Source of the DNA: an uncultured Dehalococcoidia bacterium
Lineage (GTDB): Bacteria > Chloroflexota > Dehalococcoidia > Lucifugimonadales > UBA3495
Assembly: GCA_950072105.1 (NCBI GenBank)
Contig: CATMOE010000044.1
Span: 1-31,342 of the forward strand
Length of the DNA stretch: 31,342 nt
Reading direction: 5' to 3'
This document shows positions 1 to 8,789 of the stretch, in pieces (within the stretch, counting starts at the first letter, position 1; the number at the start of each line of letters is the position of its first letter). The position numbers and the translations under genes were made by a program. The notes under the pieces are model-generated. The model searched no databases and had not been told where the DNA came from. It was given only the letters and a program-made list of their open reading frames with translations.

Positions 1-1412
1 GAAGTGGGGTCGCTCCAGTGCACGTCCTCGAAGACCAAAAGAAGGGGATGGCGCTGCGCTTCACGCTCGAAGATTTCCCGGGTTGCCGCGAATATCTTCT
101 CCCGGATCTGGGGAGGCTGAAGGTACGGGATATGCTCAGCGTCTTCCTCGGGTACTGCAACTTCCAGCATGATGGCCATGAACGGCGCTGACGTACCTGG
201 GCCGTCAGGCATTAACCCGGCGAGCTTCCTGGTTATCTTGGCGTATTTCTCCTGGTCGGTATCATCGAGACCTAACCCGAAATAGCCGCCGAAAAGGCTG
301 ACGAAGGTAGTGTAAGGTGTAGCGGTCTCGTAGGAACGGGAACGCCCTTCGTACTATTGGAGTTGGGGGTCCGCCTCCGTGCCATTGCCGGAGCCGCCCT
401 CGACCTCGGTCGCCGCTGCATTACGTAGCTCGGCGACCAGCCGGGATTTTCCGAGGCCGGCCTCACCCATCACCGATACGATTTGGCCGCTGCCCTGGGA
501 AAGGCCGTCAACCAGTTCCCGCAACACATCAATCTCCCGGTCCCGGCCCACCATCGGGCTGTCCAGGCCTTCGATGCCTCGTTCCCGTTCCGGCTGTGCC
601 TTTCGAGCCAGAACTCTAAACGTGCCCACCGGTTCGCTCTTCCCTCTTACTTCGAGAGGTCCTAGGTCCTCGAAGTCGAAGAGGGGCGCGATCAATCGGT
701 GGGTGTCGGCAGCAATCAAGACGGTGCCGGGAGACGCTGCCGACTCCATTCGGGCGGCAACGTTGATGGCGTCGCCCAGGGCGGTGTACTCTACTCTTAG
801 GTCGGAACCAACTTCGCCCATGACCACCAAGCCGGTGTTGATGCCCACCCGTACTTGAAAGTCCACCCCCCATTTGCGCTGGACCTCATCCCGGTAGGGC
901 CCTATAGACTGGATGATTTCCAAACCCGCCAGAACGGCCCGGTGTGGGTCATCCTCGTGGGCGATGGGGGCGCCGAAGAAGGCCAGAATCGCGTCGCCCA
1001 TCAACCGGGCCAACGTGCCCTCGTAACGATAAACCGGCGCTATCAGGTGCTCGAAGGCCCCGTTCATGATCTGGGCCCACTCTTCCGGGTCCAATTGCTC
1101 TGCGGCGGCGGTGGAACCGGTCACGTCGCAGAACAGCATCGTGACCACCCGGCGTTCGCCCTGGATACCACCGCTGGTCCGGGCAGACTCCAGCTTTTGC
1201 AGCAATTCTCTTGGAATATATTGTTCCAGTTGGGCGCGGACCGACGCCGCCTCGGCAGCTTGGCCCAACTGATGGCCGCAGTTTAGACAAAATCGCGCTT
1301 CGGTTGGCAGTTCGGTACCGCATTCGGGACACGATGCGGCGAGGGGACTCCCGCAGGACATGCAGAACTTTGCGCCCTCTGGATTAGCGGTTTGGCATTG
1401 AGAGCAGTTCAT
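1..1412 (-). pseudogene. Double zinc-ribbon + class III adenylate/guanylate cyclase + STAND/AAA ATPase protein, interrupted by an in-frame TAG at 354-356; 3' end runs off the window
   Basis: ATG at 1412 after GAGGAG. Four CxxC pairs (CSQC, CMSC, CPEC, CLNC), cyclase motifs VTMLFCDVTGST, GDAILAFFG, RVGINTG and GDAINVAARME, Walker A GEAGLGKS. The same frame stays open past the TAG (YEGRSRSY...LLLVFEDVHWSD, Walker B-like) to position 1. Confidence 0.8.
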
Positions 1413-1634
1413 GTCCTTCTCCTCGAAACGGACTGATGCCGATTTGTCATAGGATGGCAGAAATTGAGCGCAAAACAACCGATTTACTCGGTAGAGCTTC
1501 AACACCCACACCAGCCATGCAAAGCTGGTGCGCTGAACGTCTGGCCGGTGTAAAATCAGGGGCTAGCAGGACTTCTTGATCACCATGACAGCTTGCACCA
1601 CGGCGATGAGCAAGTAATTAGGGGAAACTTCGGT

Positions 1635-2642
1635 TTGAAGCTTAGCATCCTGGATCAAAGCCCGATGAATGGGGCCGAAACCGCCACCGAAGCCTTTCAA
1701 CACACCATTGAGCTGGCTCAAAAGGCGGAGGAGTGGGGGTATCATCGCTTCTGGGTCGCCGAGCACCACGGTTCCAGCCGGGTGATGGGGTCGTCCCCTG
1801 AAGTGCTGATCTCCCATCTATTGGCCAAGACCTCGCGTATCAAGGTCGGTTCCGGCGGGGTGATGTTACAGCATTACAGCCCGTATAAAGTGGCGGAAAA
1901 CTTCAACGTTCTGGCATCCCTCGCGCCTGGCAGAGTGGACCTGGGGGTCGGCGGAGGGCCGGGTGGCATGCCGAGGTCGACCCAGGCTTTGCGGCAAGAC
2001 ACTGTGCCGGAATCGATACCGGTGGCGGAAAAATTAGCGGAGCTGATTCAATTCCTCCACAACCGATTGGAGGAAAGCAACCCTCTTTACGGTTTGCGCG
2101 CCAGCCCGGCGCCGTCCCAACCTGCCGACGTCTATCTTCTTGGCACTACCCCTTCCAGTGCGGAAACCGCGGCAAAGCTGGGTTTGCCTTACGTGTATGC
2201 GTTGTTCCTTAACAACGATGACGTCATGATGACCGAGGCCGTTGAAACATACCGGAATCAGTTCGACATTACCAACGGCGCCCGGCCACAGACTTTGCTG
2301 GCGTTACCGGTGATCGCGGCCGACTCTGATGATGAAGCCCAAGAGTATGCCTCGCAGATAAAGCTGGTCCGGATCTACGTGGAAAATGGCAGAACGCTGA
2401 CCGTGTTTTCCCTGGATGCGGCCGAAGAGTACAGCAGACAGTCCGAGGAAAAGTGCACCTTCGAGGTTCAAGAGGCCAATGTGATATTCGGTTCTCGAGA
2501 CACTGCAGGAGAGAAATTGGCCGATATTCAGCGTCGATACCAAGTTGACGAATTAATCATCCAAACGGTCATCCCCGACTTTAAGAAAAGACTCCACTCC
2601 TATGAATTGCTGAGCGAAATAGTTAAGCAGGTCCAGGTCTGA
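1635..2642 (+). CDS. LLM-class flavin-dependent monooxygenase, similar to Bacillus CmoO/YtmO
   Basis: KLSILDQSP start, RFWVAEHH, GSGGVMLQHYSPYKVAENF and GRVDLGVG motifs. TTG start at 1635 after AGGGGA is preferred to the ORF-track start at 1593. Confidence 0.88.
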   Translation: MKLSILDQSPMNGAETATEAFQHTIELAQKAEEWGYHRFWVAEHHGSSRVMGSSPEVLISHLLAKTSRIKVGSGGVMLQHYSPYKVAENFNVLASLAPGRVDLGVGGGPGGMPRSTQALRQDTVPESIPVAEKLAELIQFLHNRLEESNPLYGLRASPAPSQPADVYLLGTTPSSAETAAKLGLPYVYALFLNNDDVMMTEAVETYRNQFDITNGARPQTLLALPVIAADSDDEAQEYASQIKLVRIYVENGRTLTVFSLDAAEEYSRQSEEKCTFEVQEANVIFGSRDTAGEKLADIQRRYQVDELIIQTVIPDFKKRLHSYELLSEIVKQVQV

Positions 2643-2714
2643 TCAAATATCGAGTTATGTCGATAGGTTCGTTAGTCACCGTTCGTTGATTGAGAAGAGA
2701 GGGCAGGTTACAAC

Positions 2715-4046
2715 ATGACGAATGAGCGGAAGATGCGTCTGGGCGCGTTTCTAGCCGGAACCGGAAGCAACATGGCCTCCTGGCGGCATCCCAACGCCGT
2801 GGCCGACGCGGCAATCAATCTGGACTACTACCGGCAACTGACTCGGAAAGCCGAAACGGCCAAGCTGGACTTCGTGTTTTTTGGCGACGGTTTGTACATC
2901 AGCGAAAAGTCTCATCCCAACTTTCTCAACCGGTTCGAGCCCCTGACGCTGTTGGCGGCCCTGGCCATGGACACGACCCATATCGGTCTAGCTGCCACCC
3001 TGTCCACCAGCTACAGCGAACCATTCACCGTGGCTCGGCAGTTTGCGTCCATCGACCACATCAGCGGCGGCCGGGCGGGGTGGAACATCGTCACTTCTCC
3101 GCTGGAGGGGTCAGCCCTAAATTACAGCAAAACAGAACATCCGGAGCACGACCTACGGTATCGCATGGCCGCTGAATATATAGAAGTGACCAAGGGCCTA
3201 TGGGATTCGTGGGAAGACGATGCCTTTGTTCGCAACAAGGAAACCGGGCAATTTTTCGATCCGGAAAAGCTGCACCGAGTGAACCACCAAGGGGAATTTT
3301 TCTCCGTCCAAGGGCCGTTGACCATCTCCCGGTCTAAACAAGGGAGGCCGATTCTTATCCAAGCCGGTTCGTCGGAAGCGGGAAAGGACTTCGCCTCCCG
3401 GGTGGCCGACGCCGTGTTTACGGGACAAGCCAACATTGACGACGCTAAGGAGTTCTACCAGGACGTGAAAGGCCGGGCCGCCAAGCACGGCAGGCGCCCC
3501 GAGGAGATCTTGATGCTCCCGGGTTGCAACCCCATCGTGGGGTCGACGGCGGCGGAAGCTGAGGAGAAGTATCAGGAGATCGCCAACTTGGTGGTTATCG
3601 GCGATGCTCTCAATTACCTGGGCCGGTATTTCAACGACATCGACTTTACCCAGTACGACTTGGACGAACAGTTCCCAGACCTCGGGGATTTCGCCCGTAA
3701 CGGTTGGGAAAGCGCCACGGATAGGATAAAGAAGGTATCCAAAGAAGAGGGGTTGACCCTGCGTCAGATGGCCCTCCGGTCAACCACGCCGAAGGGCCCA
3801 TTCATCGGAACAGCGGAGCATATCGCCGACACCATGCAAGCCTGGTTCGAGGCCGGGGCGGCGGACGGTTTCATGATGAACGCCTCCGTTTTGCCCCAGG
3901 GGTTCGACGATTTTATCGACCACGTCCTGCCAATCTTGAAAGACTGCGGGCTCTTCCGTACCGAGTACGAGCATGACACCCTGCGGGGGAATTTAGGCCT
4001 GGCAAAACCGGCCAACCGGTACGCCAAAACGGGCGTGGTGCAGTAA
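2715..4046 (+). CDS. cmoJ: NtaA/DmoA/SnaA-family FMN-dependent monooxygenase, CmoJ/YtnJ (MoxC)-like
   Basis: [52 protein letters not shown] and TLRGNLGL motifs closely resemble my recollection of B. subtilis YtnJ/CmoJ. Confidence 0.85.
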   Translation: MTNERKMRLGAFLAGTGSNMASWRHPNAVADAAINLDYYRQLTRKAETAKLDFVFFGDGLYISEKSHPNFLNRFEPLTLLAALAMDTTHIGLAATLSTSYSEPFTVARQFASIDHISGGRAGWNIVTSPLEGSALNYSKTEHPEHDLRYRMAAEYIEVTKGLWDSWEDDAFVRNKETGQFFDPEKLHRVNHQGEFFSVQGPLTISRSKQGRPILIQAGSSEAGKDFASRVADAVFTGQANIDDAKEFYQDVKGRAAKHGRRPEEILMLPGCNPIVGSTAAEAEEKYQEIANLVVIGDALNYLGRYFNDIDFTQYDLDEQFPDLGDFARNGWESATDRIKKVSKEEGLTLRQMALRSTTPKGPFIGTAEHIADTMQAWFEAGAADGFMMNASVLPQGFDDFIDHVLPILKDCGLFRTEYEHDTLRGNLGLAKPANRYAKTGVVQ

Positions 4047-4069
4047 GGAACTTTCGGGCGTTCTGAGGG

Positions 4070-4600
4070 TTACGCTCCAGGAATCGCTCCCAATTGTACG
4101 AGCAGACCGAGAAGGTCGACTTCGGACCACATCTCGGCGATCTTGCCGTTCTCCATCCGGTAGATGTGGATCTCGGTCCAGGCTACCTTATTGCCGGTTG
4201 CCGGTATGCCATTGAAATCCCCGGTGTGGGTTGCCGCCGCCGAGGTCCGTTCAATCACTGTGTCTCCATCGGCGAGCAATTCATCCACGGTCGCTTGTAC
4301 GTCTGGAAATCCGCCTGCGACGACCTGGCCTAACAGTTTCATGCCTGCCCGGCCCGCCGGTAGCCGTGGGTCCTTGAGATGGTGAATGAAGCCGGGAGTC
4401 ATGAGTTCGTCGACGATATCGTGATTGGCTTGGTTCTTAAACTCCTCGATGAACCTGGCGACAACCTGCTTGTTGTCCTCCTCTTGTGAGGAAACCGATG
4501 CCCCACAACCGATCAAGGCCAGCATGCCTAAGACCACAATCACGGACAACCAGGGTGCTAGACGGTTGCCTAAAAATCTCTGATTTGTTCTTGCATCCAT
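4070..4600 (-). CDS. Ester cyclase / SnoaL-like (NTF2-fold) protein with predicted lipoprotein signal peptide
   Basis: NKQVVARFIEE, GFPD, THTGDFNGIPATG and GKIAEMW are SnoaL-type motifs. N-terminal hydrophobic stretch ends in LIG-C. GGAG RBS upstream. Confidence 0.85.
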   Translation of the reverse strand: MDARTNQRFLGNRLAPWLSVIVVLGMLALIGCGASVSSQEEDNKQVVARFIEEFKNQANHDIVDELMTPGFIHHLKDPRLPAGRAGMKLLGQVVAGGFPDVQATVDELLADGDTVIERTSAAATHTGDFNGIPATGNKVAWTEIHIYRMENGKIAEMWSEVDLLGLLVQLGAIPGA

Positions 4601-4813
4601 GGTGCGCTCCTGTAGGTAACAAAGGCGGGGCTAAGTGTGCTGCTTGGTTCTGCCGGAATGCCTGTCACCTCGTTAGATTGCGCCCATCGTATACCCCGTA
4701 TGTTGCAAAAACTTTGGCAAAAGTTTGGCACTCATAGGGCATGGCAGTTACCAGATTAGCCCGTCACCCTGTTATCCTAGCTGGGAAATACGGCTGCGCT
4801 TGGAGGTACGAGG

Positions 4814-5392
4814 TTGCCCACGTTGCTTGGAATCCACGGGTCGGTGACCAGGCCTGGCAGGTTGTATCAGGCTCTGGAGTTGGCGTTGCAGGCGGTTGGG
4901 AACGGAGATAATCCCGTAACGACGAGCCTGCTGCACTTGGGCGAGCACCGGATATCCTTCGCCGATGGACGCCCCTTATCTGATTTCTCCGACGACACTG
5001 AAGCGGTGGTGGAGCGGGTGATGGCGGCGGACATGTACATCATCGCCACGCCCATCTTCCGCGCGTCGTTCACCGGCGCGTTGAAGAACCTGTTGGACCT
5101 GGTACCGGTGGAAGGCCTGATGGGGAAGGCGTGCGGTTTACTGGCCATGGGCGCCACGGACCACCACTACCTGACAGTGGACACCCAACTGCGGCCGGTG
5201 CTTGCCTGGTTCGGCGCTCACCTAGTTCCCGGCGCGGTTTACCTACAGTCGCGCCACTTCCAAGACGGCCAACTTGCCGACGCCCAGGCAATCACCGATC
5301 TCCAGAGCCTAGCCAAAGCCGTGGTAGCGATGCAGCGGGCGATAGCCGACAACGCGGGGATGATGGGGCCATCGCCCCTGCCCGCCGGTTAA
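4814..5392 (+). CDS. NAD(P)H-dependent FMN reductase (SsuE-like flavodoxin fold)
   Basis: GIHGSVTRPG and ATPIFRASFTGALKNLLD motifs; TTG start after GGAGG; extended -10-like TGTTATCCT at 4770-4778. Confidence 0.9.
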   Translation: MPTLLGIHGSVTRPGRLYQALELALQAVGNGDNPVTTSLLHLGEHRISFADGRPLSDFSDDTEAVVERVMAADMYIIATPIFRASFTGALKNLLDLVPVEGLMGKACGLLAMGATDHHYLTVDTQLRPVLAWFGAHLVPGAVYLQSRHFQDGQLADAQAITDLQSLAKAVVAMQRAIADNAGMMGPSPLPAG

Positions 5393-5501
5393 TTGTTAAC
5401 CCGCGGATGGGGGCTATTTCCCATTTTATTTTAATACTTTGGTCCTAACTGCCGATGCTAGCAGTTAGTAAACTCGGTGTTAGCACCAACCGCGAAGCCT
5501 G

Positions 5502-5603
5502 CCCCCACTCTAACTCTCCCCCTTTTCGGGGGAGAGGACAACCCATTCCCCTTGGATGGGCGAAGGCTAGAGCCTGCCCTGAGCGCAGCCGAAGGGATGG
5601 GGG
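5502..5603 (+). repeat. REP-like palindromic intergenic repeat (copy A) carrying a 25-bp insertion
   Basis: CCCCCACTCTAACTCTCCCCC-N5-GGGGGAGAGGACAA is shared with the reverse complement of 26591-26667. Lies between convergent genes. Confidence 0.8.
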
Positions 5604-5623
5604 CGATTGGCCGCATCACAATA

Positions 5624-7915
5624 CTAGGTTGACGTAGTGTTCCCGTTCCCTTCGATCGCATCCATGATCGCGCCGGGCGATAGGGGAAGCTCGTTTATGC
5701 GCTTTCCGATGGCGTGGTAGACGGAGTTGGCCACGGCGGCCATGACTGGGACTAGGTTGCCCTCGCCGATGCCTCTTACGCCGAAGGGGTGGCCGGGGTT
5801 GGCGACCTCGACGACGACTGTGTCGATCATCGGCAGGTCCAGGGAGGTCATCATCCGGTAGTCTAAGAAGCTGGAATTGAGCATCTGGCCGTCGTCGCTC
5901 ATGAAATACTCTTCGTTCAGCGCCCAACCCAAGCCCTGGACGGTGCCGCCTTGAAGCTGGCCTTCCACGTAGCTGGGGTGGACCGCCTTCCCGGCGTCCT
6001 GGAAGGCGGTGCAACGGAGAACTTGGGTCTTGCCGGTTTCCGGATCGACTTCCACGTCCACCAGGGTCGCCGCCAGGGAAGCGCCGACGCCCCGGGGGTT
6101 AACGTTGCCCCGTCCCACCACCGGCCCGCCGGTTTCGATGAGCCTGGGTGTGATCTGCTTGAAGGTCAATTTCAGTTCCGGGTCGGACTTGTGCTGCAGC
6201 GCGCCCTTGACGTACTCCACGTCATCCGGTGAGGCTTCCCATATCATCGCCGCCCGTTGAATCAACTGGCGAATGATGTCGTGTGCCGCTTCGTAGACGG
6301 CCCACCCGGTTTTGAAAGCGACGCCGCTGCCGGCGGTCAATGAGGTGTAGCCTATCGAGTCGGTATCACCAACCTCGGGGAATACGTCGGTCACGGGGAT
6401 GCCGAGCACCTCGGCCAGTTGCTGGGCCACCGCGGTACGGCTGCCACCGATGTCCACGGAGCCTTCGACTAGCATGATGGTACCGTCGGGATTGACGTTA
6501 GCTATCGCGCATGAAGGTCCGGAGTTGTTGCGCCAGTATCCAAAAGCCACGCCGCGGCCTTGGTTCTTTCCTGGTAGCGGCGCGTTGTAATGGGGATGGG
6601 CTTTCACCGCCTCCAGAATCTCGATACCGCCGACTAATGGACTCAGGGTGCCGTCAGCCCGCCTAGTCCCCTCTTTAGCCGCGTTCAACAGCCGGAAATC
6701 GACGGGGTCCATTCCCAGTTTTTCGCTCAACTCGTCCAGCAGCGCCTCGGTTGGGAAGGCGGCGATGGGCGCGCCGGGCGCGCGGTAGGCGGCCGTCTTG
6801 GGTTTGTTGTTCACCACGTCGTAGCCGTCGATGAGAATGTTTGGAATGTCATAAGGAGTGAACATACAGGAGGTGGCGCCGCCGATAGGAGCGCCGGGAT
6901 AGGCGCCGGCTTCAAAGGCCAGATAAGCCTGAGCGGCGACGATGCGGCCGTCCTTGGTCGCACCTATCTTCAGCTTCATGTAACTGCCACAGGCGGGTCC
7001 GGTAGCCTCCATAACCTCGATACGGCTTAAGGAGATAGAAACGGGGCGTCCGCATTTCTTGGACAGGGCCGCGGCCACACCCTCAATGTAAGTGGAGTTC
7101 TTTCCGCCGAAGCCACCGCCGATCTCCAGAGGTATCAGCTTGATCTGGGAGGACTTTAATCCTAGTATCCGGGCCACGTTGTCTCTGATTCCGAAGGGAT
7201 TCTGAGAGCTGTTCCAGATGGTCACCCGGCCATTGTGGTTCCACATCGCTGTGGCGCTCTGAGGCTCGATGTACCCCTGGTGCACCGTCTTGGTGCGGAA
7301 CTCTCCTTCCACCACAAAGTCGGCTTGCTTGAAACCTTCATCCACGTCACCCAGCTTGAGTTGCTGGTATCCGGCGATATTGGTCTGCTTGGGGAAGTTG
7401 TCGTCGAAGCTGGCCGTGGTCATGTGCTCGTGAAGGATCGCGGCGTCTGGTTTCATCGCGTCTTCCACGGTCACCACCGTTGGCAATACTTCGTAGTCGA
7501 CCTTGATCAGCTTCAACGCCGCTTCGGCTTCGTGGGCGTTCTCGGCGGCCACCGCGGCTACCGGATGTCCTTTGTACAGGACTTTGTCCCCGGCCAGAAT
7601 GTTGTTGCTGAGGTATTTGAGGCTCAGTACCGCGTCCTCGCCGATCTCGGCCAGGATGTCGGGCACTTCAGCCAGGTCTTTGGCGGTGACTACCGCCAAC
7701 ACGCCCGGATGGGCTTCGGCGGCGCTGGTGTCGATGGACTTAATCTTGGCGTGAGCGTGGGGGCTGCGTAGGATCTTGCCACGTACTTGCCCGGGCACTT
7801 TGACATCCCCGCCATAGGTGGCCTTACCGGTGACTTTGTCGACACCGTCGTGTCTGATCGGCCGTTTGCCAACTACGTCGTACTCCACGTTGGAAAGCAC
7901 TAGATTTGAGGTCAT
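5624..7915 (-). CDS. Xanthine dehydrogenase/aldehyde oxidase family molybdopterin-binding (large) subunit
   Basis: DGVDKVTGKATY, LRSPHAHA, IGGGFGGK, AYRAPG, VEGQLQGG and RGIGEG motifs; AGGAGG RBS. Confidence 0.93.
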   Translation of the reverse strand: MTSNLVLSNVEYDVVGKRPIRHDGVDKVTGKATYGGDVKVPGQVRGKILRSPHAHAKIKSIDTSAAEAHPGVLAVVTAKDLAEVPDILAEIGEDAVLSLKYLSNNILAGDKVLYKGHPVAAVAAENAHEAEAALKLIKVDYEVLPTVVTVEDAMKPDAAILHEHMTTASFDDNFPKQTNIAGYQQLKLGDVDEGFKQADFVVEGEFRTKTVHQGYIEPQSATAMWNHNGRVTIWNSSQNPFGIRDNVARILGLKSSQIKLIPLEIGGGFGGKNSTYIEGVAAALSKKCGRPVSISLSRIEVMEATGPACGSYMKLKIGATKDGRIVAAQAYLAFEAGAYPGAPIGGATSCMFTPYDIPNILIDGYDVVNNKPKTAAYRAPGAPIAAFPTEALLDELSEKLGMDPVDFRLLNAAKEGTRRADGTLSPLVGGIEILEAVKAHPHYNAPLPGKNQGRGVAFGYWRNNSGPSCAIANVNPDGTIMLVEGSVDIGGSRTAVAQQLAEVLGIPVTDVFPEVGDTDSIGYTSLTAGSGVAFKTGWAVYEAAHDIIRQLIQRAAMIWEASPDDVEYVKGALQHKSDPELKLTFKQITPRLIETGGPVVGRGNVNPRGVGASLAATLVDVEVDPETGKTQVLRCTAFQDAGKAVHPSYVEGQLQGGTVQGLGWALNEEYFMSDDGQMLNSSFLDYRMMTSLDLPMIDTVVVEVANPGHPFGVRGIGEGNLVPVMAAVANSVYHAIGKRINELPLSPGAIMDAIEGNGNTTST

Positions 7916-8236
7916 GAAATGGGTTTCCTCCTAAAAGTCCAGCTAGGTTTGTTCAGCTTAGTGATCGGTTGGGGTGATTTACTACTTGGTCCATCTTACA
8001 ACTGTTGCCGGAAGCATTCCAGATGCCACAGAACTCCCGAATGATTACAGTTCGTTGATTGTTGCTGCCGCAGCAGGTCTTTCCTGTAGTCGTTGTTGTT
8101 GGGAATTCCGACCAGCTTTATCTTGCCTTTAATCAAGGCCGTAGACACAGAGCGACCCCCAAAGCCTCCAGGACGGGGCGTTTTCGCTCAGAGGTAATGG
8201 GGGTGTCTGCCAGAGGTAATCTTGCCCGGACCGCCA

Positions 8237-8689
8237 CTATCCGGCGGTGATCTGGGCGGCCAACTCCTCGGCGCTCTTTTCCAGGTCGATGGGTCCGCTG
8301 TAGCCGCGGCCTCCCTCAACCTCAATGTCGGCGAATACTTCTAGGCGATTGCCTTCGGGATCGTAGAAGTAGCAGGAAGCCCCGGCCCCGTGGCTCACCG
8401 TCTGCTGGATCTCGACACCCATCTGCTGGAAGGTCTGATAGAAAGCCTTGACGTCTTCGATGGTACCCACGCGGAACGACAGTTGCTGAATGATCTTGGC
8501 GTCGCCGTCCCGGCCACGGACCAGAACCACTTCATGGTCTTCTTTCTCGACATCCGCGGTCAGGAAAACCATCCGGTCTCCGTTGCGGTGCGACTCGGTG
8601 AGGCCCAAGGTCTCGCAATAGAACTGGGTCATCGTATCCAAGTCTTTGACGAACACTCCGACATGACTGAGACCACTGATTCTGCCCAT
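8237..8689 (-). CDS. VOC/glyoxalase (extradiol dioxygenase-like) family protein
   Basis: LSHVGVFVKDL...FYCETLGL, SHG and YFYDPEGNRLE motifs; ATG at 8689 after GGAAGGAGG. Confidence 0.88.
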   Translation of the reverse strand: MGRISGLSHVGVFVKDLDTMTQFYCETLGLTESHRNGDRMVFLTADVEKEDHEVVLVRGRDGDAKIIQQLSFRVGTIEDVKAFYQTFQQMGVEIQQTVSHGAGASCYFYDPEGNRLEVFADIEVEGGRGYSGPIDLEKSAEELAAQITAG

Positions 8690-8789
8690 TAGGAACCCTC
8701 CTTCCGTGTATTGCAATGAGGTTCGGCGGCATCAGGAGATGTTGCGAGAATTGTAGCCGTCTGTCTACGAGGGGTCAAACGGCATTTCG

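Noticed and set aside
354..356. Pyrrolysine read-through of the TAG in the cyclase gene
   Set aside because: The position best fits a Trp (single-base TGG>TAG change), the protein is not a known Pyl family, and there are no pyl genes in the window.
2640..2642. Further Sec read-through at other TGA stops (2640, 19427, 21396)
   Set aside because: These proteins are already complete, and the TGA is not at a redox-Cys position.
5455..5661. Small ORFs over intergenic repeats (also 25276..25503 and the N-terminal extension 14815..14919)
   Set aside because: Translations such as SPPFRGRG, PERSRR and PPFTKGG are artefacts of the REP-like repeats.
5624..7915. Aerobic CO dehydrogenase coxL
   Set aside because: Lacks the AYxCSFR and AYxGAGR signatures, and coxM/coxS are absent.
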